From positions 62,001-126,000 of the forward strand of contig JAPETS010000045.1 in the NCBI GenBank assembly GCA_026023565.1: a DNA stretch of 64,000 bases, in the 5' to 3' direction. This document shows positions 1-12,579 of this stretch, piece after piece. The notes beneath the pieces were generated by a model. The model did no database searches. It saw only the letters and a program-made list of their open reading frames with translations, and was not told the origin of the DNA. Source of the DNA: Cirrosporium novae-zelandiae (lineage: Eukaryota). The first letter of the stretch is position 1, and the number at the start of each line of letters is the position of its first letter. A program made the translations under genes and the position numbers.

Positions 1-1081
1 GTACAAGGATAAAACAACTGTTTTTTAATTGCTGGCTCAATACGATGCCCTCTCGATTATACATCTCCTTTTCACGTACAGACTTAAGATTTTCCCTTTT
101 TTGATACTCCCTACTATATATGATTTCAACGGTGGCATTTTTTTATAACTTTTAGTGAGTGTCCAGCTGTCTAAAGCTCCGACGAGCAATACCCCTTTTC
201 CTTTCCTTTTCTTACTCTATACAAACTCTAGCTAGTCTATTCTCTTTTTTTTCCAGTCATTTTCGTTTCGTTATATAAAGCTGTGCTGTGTGCTGTGCTG
301 CATTTTGTTTTCCTTATTTTCGTTGGCAGGTGAAAAAAAAATTACAACAAAATATGGATTGGGCGTTTTTTTTTTTTTTTGATAAGCTTTTATGAGTGAA
401 TAGTCTTAACATATTTTCCTTTTTAGGAAGTTTCATATCAATGCATTTTTTTTATTTGAGAGTGTTTTGATTTGTGGGTTGAAGTTGCGCTTGTAAGAGT
501 GGGGGGGAGGGAGGGCAAGTAGATGGATGGTACGTTGTTGTACGATTCTATTTAATAGATGTCAGCGTTAGTGGAGTTGTGTGGGTAAGTGGTGGGTAGT
601 AAAGGTGGAATGGATATGTATCCATACCCTGAATGAAGGAGGTGGAGATGTGGCAAGCAGATAGTGAAGGAGGTATAGGGGGTTGATGAGATGAGATGAA
701 GATATGATGATTATCTTTTGAATTTGGATTTTGTAATTAGGTATGTTAGCTTAGGTATAGCTGGCTAGGTTGGTAATATTTGATTCCCCATCTGTGAACT
801 GTGAATTGTGTACTGTGAGCAATGATCTTTGGTAGGAGATGTCGTGATAAGTAGATTAAGTCTTTGAATGAGACTTTTTTGGAGAGATAGAGTAATGGAA
901 AGGGTGTATTCTGTATGTATGTATATTAAATTTTGCCTCTTCAGAGTTGGGATGTGTGCAGTTAGTGGGTAATTATTCATGTAGCTATCCATTTTTTCAT
1001 TAAATTGATAGGAGGGAGTAGATATTAATTTTCATCTATCACAGTAATAGTATACTACATGACAATGCAGGGATCGTTTCT

Positions 1082-2861
<1,780 letters not shown>

Positions 2862-3286
2862 TCAATTTATACCAGATCTACCTCCTACATCTTCCTTGCG
2901 AGGAGAAAAGTCTTTTGGCTGGACACAAGAAGTTGAGTAAGCTGGAGAGCTTGTGACGGCGAAGATTAGTAAAAAGGAGGAATGTTCGCAATTCCCCGCT
3001 GGTTGGTCTTGTCACACCGTACGTACTGTACATATTATTATTTTCATCGCCTAATCTTTACTCCCGAATCGCGGGCTTCATCTCGTCGCTAGTTATTGCC
3101 TTCGGCGACTTAATTAAACGCGGGGACATGGGAGTGCTAGTTTCCCAGGAGACTATCAACCGGGCTTTCACATGCAGCATATTACTTATCACGGCGGATT
3201 ACATCGTTATATTTGCAGCTCAAAAAATATAGAGATATTTATATATAGACTAAATCTGTTTCCTGTTAGTAAAAAGGTAAAAATGT

Positions 3287-3393
3287 TGGACATTCTGGGA
3301 ATTGAACCCAGGACCTTTCCCAAATCAGATTTATAACGGACGAGAGCGCTCACAAAATGCGAAGGGAAAATCATACCCCTAGACCAAATGCCC
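3287..3393 (-). tRNA. tRNA-Ala(CGC) with an intron of about 35 nt
   Basis: Minus strand reads GGGCATTTGGTCTAGGGGTATGATTTTCCCTTCGCA-[intron]-TGGGAAAGGTCCTGGGTTCAATTCCCAGAATGTCCA. Acceptor stem has the G3:U70 alanine identity pair; anticodon stem TTCCC/GGGAA; TTCAA T-loop; T-runs downstream. Confidence 0.93.
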
Positions 3394-4187
3394 GTGTGAT
3401 TGGTAGACTAGGTTTTATCTGTCATTCATATTCTAGCGAGAATCTGGCATCCTCTGAAATTATAACACCAGGAGCATGAAATAGGGATGCCAACGTCGTG
3501 TCGCATTTTGAATATCAAGTAAGGTTTTAAAATGGATTTGTCGGAATGTTCCGCCAATAGATGAGTGTGGATGAATAACATCGCCGAGCATTACCATGAA
3601 ATGACTCGATAGGTATATCGTTTTGGCCGTTTTATATCAACACAAAAAAAGTGGGTAGTCACTTCTTTGCTTCTTTGAGTTGTAGCAGAAAGTAGTAGGT
3701 ATGTTGTAATTAATTACTGTACGCTATGAAACATGTTTGGTAACTCTCGTCATTATAACTTTGTATATGGTTATTTTGTTCGATCGGTTCCTTAAATCGA
3801 AACTGGTTCTAAGCCAATATGGGGGGTGCCGAAATTAAGGCTAGACCAGTGATGATGGATCATGACTTAACAATGTGACAACTCAGCGGATATTGACCTG
3901 AAGAAGATGTGTTGTCACTATGTCGAAGCCCATATGCAATCATCCTAGACCTTTCAACCTAGCATATTTATAACCCCAACGTCTGTCTATACAGCGATCC
4001 CCACATTACTTCTCCTTCTTATTTGTTGAGCTGGTATCTATCCAGGCTTGGGTTGTCCTGACAAGAAAAATGACGAAGCATTCGCCTTCTTGCGACTTCG
4101 TTGATCCTAATAGGCTGTGAAGAATTGTGGTCATAATGCCACTGCGGACTCATATTTCCATCGTGCTACCTTTGCTCAAGGCCGATA

Positions 4188-6386
4188 CTATGGCAACATT
4201 CTGCTTGGCCCGTGTGAGCCCATTGCGACTTGAATCCTTCTTGCAATTTCCAGCAAAAGTCCCTCCCTGAAAGCTGGTCCAACCACTGAAATTCCGAACG
4301 GAAGTCCTCCAGCCGTACCAGCGGGAATGGCAATAGCTGCAAGGTCTAACACATTCACAGCACTAGCAAATGCACCTAATTCCAAATTTGGTCCGATCGG
4401 ATCCTCTTCAACTTCCTTTATCGTTGGGTGCCTCGGCGCAGTTGGTACAATCAAAACATCGCATTTATCGAACTCCTTTTCCATTATCCGGGTAAGTCGC
4501 TGTGCCTCGTATAAATCATTGAAAGCAGTGCTAGCCGTGAAACTAGAAGCTGAGCTTAGAACTTTGCGAGTTACTGGAAGGAGTGCTGATTTGTTTTCTT
4601 CTTTCTCTATAAACGTACCAAGGGTGGCCATTCTTTCAGCCACAAACGCACCCTTGTACACCAAATCAGAGGCAGCAAGATAGGCGTCAAAATTGAAGTC
4701 AGTTTGATCAGCATGTGGGAGTTGACGAAGTGCAGCTTTGACCTTTTCGAATTGTAAATGGTATTCAGAGCAAAGCTTTTCCTTCAGTACGTTATCCGGA
4801 GGTACAGAGAAGGTGAATTTACTCTCCTCATGCAACAACGCCCTATTTGAAAGGGCGGTTAGCGGCCGAGAAGCTCGAGAATATGAATCTTCTGGATCAA
4901 ATGATTTTGCGATAAGCCACGCCGCTTTTGCGCTAACTAATGTTTTTGCGAATATAGACACACAGTCTAAAGTTTTGCATGCGGGAACCACTCCTAGAGC
5001 TGATATAGTACCTTTTGTTGGCTTCAAACCCACAATTCCATTGAATCCGGCTGGTATACGACCAGAGCCGGCTGTATCGGTACCTAATGCAAAAGAAACC
5101 TGACCGAGAGCAACAGCATTTGCAGACCCTGAGCTAGATCCGCCGGAAACACGGGTTCTATCATAAACCGAGTAGCATGCACCATATGGTGACCTTGTAC
5201 CGACTAAACCGGTTGCGAACTGGTCAAGGTTTGTTTTACCTATGATAATTGCACCAGCTCTCACAAGTTTGTCGACAACGAACGCACTTTTAGCAGATTT
5301 ATAAGAGAAGGCCGGGCAACCCGCTGTAGTATTCATTCCAACGACATCGATATTGTCTTTGATAGCAAAGGGAATACCATAGAGAGGAAGATTGAGGTTT
5401 CGGTGCTTTTCAAGGTCTTCAGCTCTAGAAAAAGCTTCCTCACCAGCCAGGCTAATCCAGATAGATGGATGGTCTGCAGTATTTGAGCTTATCTTTTCAA
5501 AGGCTTTTTGAATCACTGTCACAGGGGAGAGACCGGCTGCATACTCCTTCTTCAGAACGTCAATATCCATGGATCCATCCCATTCTGACACTTTGGTGCT
5601 CTTTCTTCTTGTCGAGAAGGATGCCAAGGCCGGTAAAAGTGCCTTAGATGTACTCACGAAACCGAAGAGACCTTCAGAGAAGCGAATCATGTCCAGGGAT
5701 GCTGTTTTGAATGTGGACACGAATCCATCTGTACAATCACTTAGAATACAGGCATCAAATCCCCTATCATTTGCTTCCCTGACAGTTGTTGTCACGCAAC
5801 ATTCAACTGTTACCCCTGCAACGATGATATGGGTAATTCCTCGGTCTACTAGTTGTTCATGTAGTCCTGTGGAGAAGAAACTTCCTTTTCCAGGCTTGTC
5901 AATCACAATCTCATCAACCAAAGGCTGCAATTCATCGATTATATCATGCCCATATTCATTTCTGGTAAGAAGTCGACCCATTGGGCCTTCATCACCGATG
6001 ACGGCACTGTGACGGGTCTTTGGGGCGCGAGCTTGCCGGATAAGTTTTGGTGTCGGACAATCGCGAAGATCCGGCCTATGTCCTTCGCGGGTGTGAATAA
6101 CTTGTAGGCCGCATTCTCGAAAGGCCTTCAAGATAGCCAAGGTGGGCTTAATAGTAGCTTGAACTGTTTCCACACCTGCATCTCCAGCTTGGATGTACCC
6201 AAATCCATCTTTTAGTAAAAAGTCTCGCTGCATGTCAATGATGACGAGCGCCACACGTTGTGGATGGAACTTGAATGTGTAAGGGTTTGCATCAAAGGAT
6301 ATATAGCTATCATCTTTCATAAAATAGCTATCTTGAGTCGAAAGTAACGGAGATGATGCGGGAGAAGCTATTGCAACGGGAGTCAT
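4188..6386 (-). CDS. Intronless fusion: isochorismatase-family cysteine hydrolase (biuret/triuret hydrolase-like) plus allophanate hydrolase (amidase signature), about 732 aa
   Basis: N-domain has IIDMQRDF, HTREGH, IDKPGKGSF, AGVTVECCV and REANDRG (Asp-Lys-Cys triad). C-domain has GIPFAIKDNID, GKTNLDQFATGLVGTRSPYG, GGSSSGS and GTDTAGSGRIPA (AtzF/Dur1,2-type). First in-frame ATG is at 6386; the ORF track starts at a non-ATG codon. Confidence 0.9.
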   Translation of the reverse strand: MTPVAIASPASSPLLSTQDSYFMKDDSYISFDANPYTFKFHPQRVALVIIDMQRDFLLKDGFGYIQAGDAGVETVQATIKPTLAILKAFRECGLQVIHTREGHRPDLRDCPTPKLIRQARAPKTRHSAVIGDEGPMGRLLTRNEYGHDIIDELQPLVDEIVIDKPGKGSFFSTGLHEQLVDRGITHIIVAGVTVECCVTTTVREANDRGFDACILSDCTDGFVSTFKTASLDMIRFSEGLFGFVSTSKALLPALASFSTRRKSTKVSEWDGSMDIDVLKKEYAAGLSPVTVIQKAFEKISSNTADHPSIWISLAGEEAFSRAEDLEKHRNLNLPLYGIPFAIKDNIDVVGMNTTAGCPAFSYKSAKSAFVVDKLVRAGAIIIGKTNLDQFATGLVGTRSPYGACYSVYDRTRVSGGSSSGSANAVALGQVSFALGTDTAGSGRIPAGFNGIVGLKPTKGTISALGVVPACKTLDCVSIFAKTLVSAKAAWLIAKSFDPEDSYSRASRPLTALSNRALLHEESKFTFSVPPDNVLKEKLCSEYHLQFEKVKAALRQLPHADQTDFNFDAYLAASDLVYKGAFVAERMATLGTFIEKEENKSALLPVTRKVLSSASSFTASTAFNDLYEAQRLTRIMEKEFDKCDVLIVPTAPRHPTIKEVEEDPIGPNLELGAFASAVNVLDLAAIAIPAGTAGGLPFGISVVGPAFREGLLLEIARRIQVAMGSHGPSRMLP

Positions 6387-6525
6387 GTTTTTAAATTTTG
6401 GAATGAAGCGCAAACAGTGCACAGAAAAGAGGACAAATAGCAGAGTATGAAAGCTGTATGGAATATTGCTGACTCTTAGCTTGTCTAAACTATTATTGAG
6501 GAATACTTATTCGTTTTGGAGGAGA

Positions 6526-6699
6526 TGATAGGAATTGTTTGGACAATTGCACAAGATTGCCCGCGGTCATCAAATAAGCTCATGCTGTTGATAAGATTAG
6601 ACCCTGTAAGCCCCACATTTCGGGTTATCGCCCCGTGCGCCCGTCGGATCGGGCTGCTGCAGGCCCCATCTAATCATGGCCGCGGCGATTTCGTTATCA
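6526..6699. promoter_or_regulatory. Cluster of HGATAR (AreA/Nit2-type) sites and CCGCGG motifs in the divergent promoter of the hydrolase fusion and the NCS1 permease
   Basis: TGATAG 6526, TGATAA 6589, TTATCG 6625, TTATCA 6694; CCGCGG at 6561 and 6680. Confidence 0.55.
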
Positions 6700-6934
6700 G
6701 CATAGCTAGCTAAAACCTATGAAAGTTTAAGCCATTGTTTTGATTGAAAATGTTTCCATTCCAAGTAGTATTTAGACTCCAGGGTTCAGAGGAACCAGTT
6801 CGTACGGTGACCAAAGAGGAATCCCAATTGTTTTATTTGTCTTTTCAATCGTGAGTTCTGAACATCTTAATTAAGGAGTGTTTGGAGCCCAGGAACTACA
6901 GTTAAAAGAAACGGTCCACTTACAAACTATCACT

Positions 6935-8703
6935 ATGACCCAAAAGCAGATCTCGGAGAGGGTTGAGAATATTAAACAGGATATATATGTGAAGGCAACG
7001 TCCCGAGATGCTTGGGTGTTACCAAAACAGCCAACAACTTTTGCACCGCCGGGGACTTGGACGAATATCGACAATGATGTGACACCGCTACATCGACGAA
7101 CCTGGGGTCGATGGACAATTATCGGCTACTGGCTGTCAGATATACTGAGTGCTCAGTCATGGGAGGGAGCATCGACCATAATCTCCGTTGGATTAACCTA
7201 TCGAGAAGCCATCCTATGTCTGATCATGGGTACGGTTATTGTTGCTATCCCTATGTGTCTGAACGGTGCGATCGGAGCTAGGCTGCGTGTCCCCTACCCC
7301 ATTGCTTCCAGGTCAAGCTTTGGTTATTATTTCTCCCGCGTGCCAGTCGTTATTCGAATGATTACTGCTCTCTTCTGGCATGCAATTCAAACATATGCTG
7401 GAGCGACTGCCATGACTCAGGTCATTCGTGCAATTTGGCCATCGTATCTGAATATCCCCAACCACCTTCCCGCGAGTGCTGGTATTACGACACAAGAGAT
7501 GGTCTCACATTTCCTGTTCTGGACCGTTCAATTCCCCGTTCTTCTTACACCACCACACAAGCTCAAATGGTTTTTTGTGTTCAAGGCATTTTTTGTTATT
7601 TCTGCCGCTGTGGCAACGGTTATCGGTATGTGCAGTCTTGCTGGAGGGAGCGGAGATATCTGGGATCAGACGACAAAATATCACGGCTCCGAAAAGTCTT
7701 GGCTCATCATGGCATATATGTCCAGCATGACAGGTTTGTTTTTCTGTGAACGATTACATTGAATCGAGTATCTGACCAATGTTTTAGGTGGATGGGCAAC
7801 AATGGCTACTAACATCCCAGATTATACCCGTTACCTTAAGCAGGAAAGATCAATCTGGTTACAAGCAGCGCTTGTACCCTTCATTTGCACGTTTATTGGA
7901 ATTCTCGGGATCATAGCAACTAGTGCAAGCAAAGTTGTCTATGGAGAGTATATCTGGGACCCTCTCACACTTGCAAGCCATTGGGATGGTCCGGGTGGTC
8001 GAGCTGCGGCATTCTTTGTTGGAGTAGCATGGTGTGTCGCGCAGATAGGGGTTAACGTTTCGGCGAATGTTATCTCTTGCGCAAACGATATGACAAGCTT
8101 ATGCCCCAAATATATCAATATCCGGCGAGGAGCTATTCTAACTACCATTATCGTGAGTTCTCATTTCTTTCTCCAGAATGCTCGTGGATTAACTAGTATT
8201 TATACGAATAGGGAGGTTGGGTGATGGTTCCTTGGAAAATCGTACATTCGGCAGAAAGTCTAATAAATTTCATGGGTGCCCTATCAATTTTCCTTGCACC
8301 TATTGCTGGCATCTTGGTGGCAGACTTCTGGATTGTCAAACATCAAGCAATCGATATTCCATCGTTATATCGCCCTCATGCAAGATATCACTACCAGAAG
8401 GGCTGCAACTGGCGCGCAGCAATTTCGCTAATCATCTCACTGGGACCGAATATGCCCGGATTGGTCAATGCTGTCAACGGGGATATCAACATTGGTGGAG
8501 CATCGAAAATATATAGCTTCAATTACTTGTGGGGTTTCACGAGCGCTTTTGTTATTTATATTGTCTCCAGTTATGTATCCCCAGCCAAAGAAACGTTGAT
8601 CAAGGAATCGATTCACGACAGCGAAGAACTTTCTGAGGAAGGGGAGGAAAGACCGGAGCAGTACGTTGTGAAGACAGATATTGAGAAGACGGGACAGGTG
8701 TAG
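6935..8703 (+). CDS. NCS1-family (Fur4/Dal4-like) nucleobase/allantoin permease, 3 exons (6935-7733, 7788-8152, 8212-8703)
   Basis: WTNIDNDVTP..RRTW, SRSSFG, WATMATNIPDYTRY, N..ANVIS..ND...L.PKYINIRRG, PWK and multiple hydrophobic segments. Introns GTTTGT..TAG and GTGAGT..TAG keep the frame. Confidence 0.92.
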
Positions 8704-9658
8704 ATAAAATATACCTAATTTGTTAATTGAACTAATGATGGAGCATCGGATTGAATATATTATCCAGCTAGGATATTCCTCCTCATTGTGTTGATAAAGC
8801 AAATGCCAGGATACAATAGACACCTGATAAACTCTTATCAGCTCTGCGGAATGCGTACATAAATTAAGCTCACCAATACTCAAATTCGGATTTTCATCTA
8901 TGAATCTAAATCCATCCTAGCAACTCTTGTTCAAGGCTCAGCTGCTATGAATGGCATTAGTAACCCTAATAAAAGAACAAGGACAAAAGTAATGCCCTCT
9001 CAAGTGGCTAGTAAGTAAGATATTGAGATTCCATGAAAATCACTATGAGTAACGCTGAAAATCGAAAATAGTTGAGAGATATATACCTAAATTCCTTGAC
9101 TTATTAAAATAGTGGTAAAAACTTAAGTGGGAGTAATAGTGTGGACTTGTTCTTCTAATCACCAATGGGCATCTTATGCATAGGAAGTGCGGATGGAAGA
9201 AGGCATTGTGGCTAAAGGGTTTAATTAAGCTTTGATTAAAATATAGTGGTGACGGTCGTGTTGCGAGATTGATTGGATAGCCAAGATAGGTTGATGCCCT
9301 AGGCCTTGAAATTTCTACCCCTTATCATATGGGAAAGCCACACCAACATGTTACGTAGTACTACTATAGAAAAAAGTAAACTTATGATATACCCTAGATA
9401 GTAGAGTAAGAATGGAATTCTCCATTTCATTCAAGTTGAGGACCTGAGGGAAGTTATAGGTGAAGTTCAAATTAAGAAATTGGTCTAATATCCAATATAT
9501 ATCTATAGGAGAGGATGAATAGAGGGGAACAATCCTAGAGCAACAACAGATAGAATGTAGCTTGTAAAATGCTCTAATCTCACACAGTCTCATTCTGTTC
9601 ACTCTCTAAATTAGGAATTTGATACAAGCATGTACCATAATCCTTATACCATCCCTCT

Positions 9659-10094
9659 TTAATCAACTGTCACATCCTTGCTGGTGTCTAGCTCTTCGGA
9701 TCTTCGAAGGTCCATTGGCTTGGCCAATAGAGGTATCACATACGGATCGAATGTTTTCCAATATGGGTTGTTTAGGTGGTATTGTTGACTCTGGGTGAAA
9801 ATGTTAGCAATTTCACTGAGCAACGCTTCCAACCCTAGTTCCTCGCCTCGCGCTTTTATGTATACATGCATGCTTTGACAGTGAATAAAGAGATGTGCGA
9901 CATACACTTTCTTGTTCATAGCGTTCAACAATTGTAAATTCTCTCGAGTCGAATACGTCCTGCATGACAAACCACGAGATAGTCTCTTTATCTTTGGAAT
10001 AGACACGAGATGCTTCAATGAGTTTATTCTTAAGCTTGCGAATGGATTCGGGGTCTGACTTTGCAGTCATATGGACGGTGATTGTATAGACCAT
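9659..10094 (-). CDS. Small ABM / dimeric alpha-beta-barrel protein, about 106 aa, 2 exons (10094-9906, 9790-9659)
   Basis: Spliced product MVYTITVH...DKETISWFVMQD...FTIVERYEQES|SQQYHLNNPYWKTFDPYV fits the ABM pattern (F.ivE.Y.......H...P). Intron GTATGT...GCTAAC...CAG. Confidence 0.8.
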
Positions 10095-10460
10095 CTTGAT
10101 GAAGCAATTGGATTCAATTGACCCGAGGGAATAGTGAAAGATTTGAATTAGATGTAAGAAACTGTGGATAGATGCTGTAGGGAAGAAGGCAATTCCACGG
10201 TATTTAATGGAATATGTTGAGGGGACCCGCAGTAGACGGTCGTCACCTCATGTTACTTCTACTCCCTACCGTTCTCCCATCTCTCGTTCTCCACTTTGAC
10301 CTCAAGTCATGCTAGACACGTGCCAGACACGTGCTAGAGTAATATTTAGAGTTTTGGGTTGCTCGTACGTGCCCATTGTACCTTTGCACTGTTTGCATCA
10401 CGATCCCAACCTCAAGTCATTTAGACCATGCTAATGAGCTCCTGGGCTTTTTCTTCACAG

Positions 10461-10493
10461 ATGTCCATTGAACGTTGGAGCTATGCGCAATGA
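10461..10493 (+). promoter_or_regulatory. Upstream ORF (MSIERWSYAQ*) whose stop overlaps the TF start codon
   Basis: ATG at 10461 directly follows a putative intron acceptor (CACAG, 10460). Stop TGA 10491-10493 overlaps the main ATG 10490-10492. Confidence 0.45.
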
Positions 10494-12579
10494 GAGCTTG
10501 TGATGTTTGTCGCAAAAGGAAGCAAAGATGCGTTACACAAGAAGGCGCATCATCTTGTACTACTTGCCAAATGATTGGCAACTCGGAATGCACTTTCCTA
10601 CACCCTCCTCCACCCAAACGCCGAGTGATTGCTGGAAGTAGTAATGGCCCATCCATCGGAACCAAACAACTGGCTACTGGGAAGAGTGGATCGAAAATCA
10701 ATGTTTCGGGTCCATCTCAAAGCTTCTCAAGGTCTTCTCGCCTCGAGCCCAGCCCGGAAGCTCCCCCGCCCGCCTTCGATTATCCCCAAGAATCGATTTT
10801 AACGAAAACCCTGGGCCTAGAGAAGAGTCGATTCTCAGAATATGTTGGTCAAGGGGGAGAACAAGATGTGAACATTCTTTACGGGCAAACTGAAAATGGC
10901 AACAGTTTGTCAACTACATCACGTCCGTTGCGGTGGGTACATGAGGCCGCCCTTTTCCAAATGACACCAGACAATGCCTATTCGGGGGTTCTCGATAAAT
11001 CTGAAAGACCCGAGGATGTTAAAGTCGAGGATATTGAACAACTTGCCCATCCGCATGGGCCAGCACTGATAAAATTATATTTCAGGATTTGTCATCCATC
11101 TTTCCCCATTTTACACAAAGAAGTGTTTGTTGAAAAATACAATCGTACTTATCGTGAAATAACTCCACACTTACTTGCAGCAGTATATGCCCTCGCGGCT
11201 AGATGGTGGTCTTACGATACCAACCTTCTTCTACAAAAACGGCTGGATGAAGCTGCACTTGTTCTCATTGCTCATCGAGCAGTACAAGAATCAATGCATC
11301 GGCCGAGATTAAATACGGTTCAAGCCGGACTTCTTTTGCTACAACGACATCGAAATCCTCTTTTCACCGACAATTCTTGGACATGGTCATTTACAGCCTC
11401 CTTAATTGGACTAGGGCAACATCTCGGCCTTCATCTCGATTGTTCTCACTGGAATATACCAGAATGGGAAAAAGGCTTGAGGAAACGCCTGGCATGGGCC
11501 CTATTCACCCAAGATGCCTTCTCAGCAATGATATTAGGGCGCCCATGTTTGATTTCACTAATTGACTGGGATGTGAAGATGCTGACGCCTAATGATTTCT
11601 CAGAGAGCTCAGTAGATGAGGATTCTAGTGAGAATGCTGGTAGTGCTAGTATAGAGGATGGAAAGACACTATTTATCGAAACGGTTAAGCTTGGAGAAAT
11701 TGCTTCCCGGGTCTTGCGTGAATTGTACTCTACCAAAGCAATGGTAGAAATCACTGAACCTCAGGAGGTTCTTGCATGCGCAAAACCCCTTGGAACTCAA
11801 TTGGCCGATCTACTCAGGAATTTGCCTTCAATACTACGGATGGATAATTTACAGCCAGGTCGATTATGTGCAAATGGGTATTACCATCTTGCCCATCAAG
11901 CCACAACTGTGGCGTTACACCGCCGACTCTTATGGTCAATATCGCGCTCAACTTCTGTGGACTCTCAGTTTGTCCAATTCTTACGTGGGACCCAATTGCA
12001 GCGGGCGAGGAGTATTGTGAAATTCATTTCCAGTCTCAAATCAGAACATATGGAGGCCTTTTGGTTTTTCGCTGCGGGAGGTTGTGCGACTATGCTGGGT
12101 AGCTTCTTGGGTCTATTGCGTGTGACTAGTGAAACGCCTGAAGAATCTGAAGAACTAAAGAAGCTAATGCGAGAGTTCGAGTGGCAGCTGAGAATGAAGG
12201 CAAAGATGGGTGAATGGGTTTCGTATACACTAACTCGCCTAAGAGTTCTGGGATGGGATCACTGGAAGGACGTGGAGCCAGATGTGGTAGAATCACAGAG
12301 TGATAATAAACCATCCCTTCGTGAGCCAATACAAAAGCAAATTCTAGTTGTCGCCAACCCGGATCTAAATAGGGAGGTCAATCACGAGATTACAAATTTT
12401 GCTTCGTCAAATACTATGGCCTGGACACCAGTTGATTTTGAGGGCTTCTTTGAAAATTTGTCAGGAATAGACGATGGCTTAGTGGATTTTACACTTTCGC
12501 CAATGATGCCAGGTATATCCAAGTGTGATTCCGCTGTTTGACTTACTAAGTGTGTTCTAACGCGTATTTAGGTGATTGA
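10490..12579 (+). CDS. Zn(II)2Cys6 transcription factor with fungal-specific TF domain, Dal81/TamA-like
   Basis: CDVCRKRKQRC-x8-CTTC-x7-C cluster; LYFRICHPSFPILHK and LGLHLDCSHWNIPEWEKGLRKRLAWALF. Probable last intron 12513-12571 gives the C-terminus ...MPGD*. Confidence 0.9.

Noticed and set aside
1..1080. AT-rich stretch with T runs, short (TGTGC) repeats and a 75-aa ORF
   Set aside because: No recognisable protein motif or RNA structure; consistent with 3'-UTR or intergenic DNA.
4188..6386. Calling the fusion gene DUR1,2 (urea amidolyase)
   Set aside because: No biotin carboxylase, carboxyltransferase or biotin-attachment domain in the ORF or elsewhere in the window.
8710..9650. AT/TpA-rich spacer inside the cluster as a RIP-degraded transposon
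   Set aside because: No terminal repeats or coding remnants could be recognised; this cannot be supported without a repeat search.
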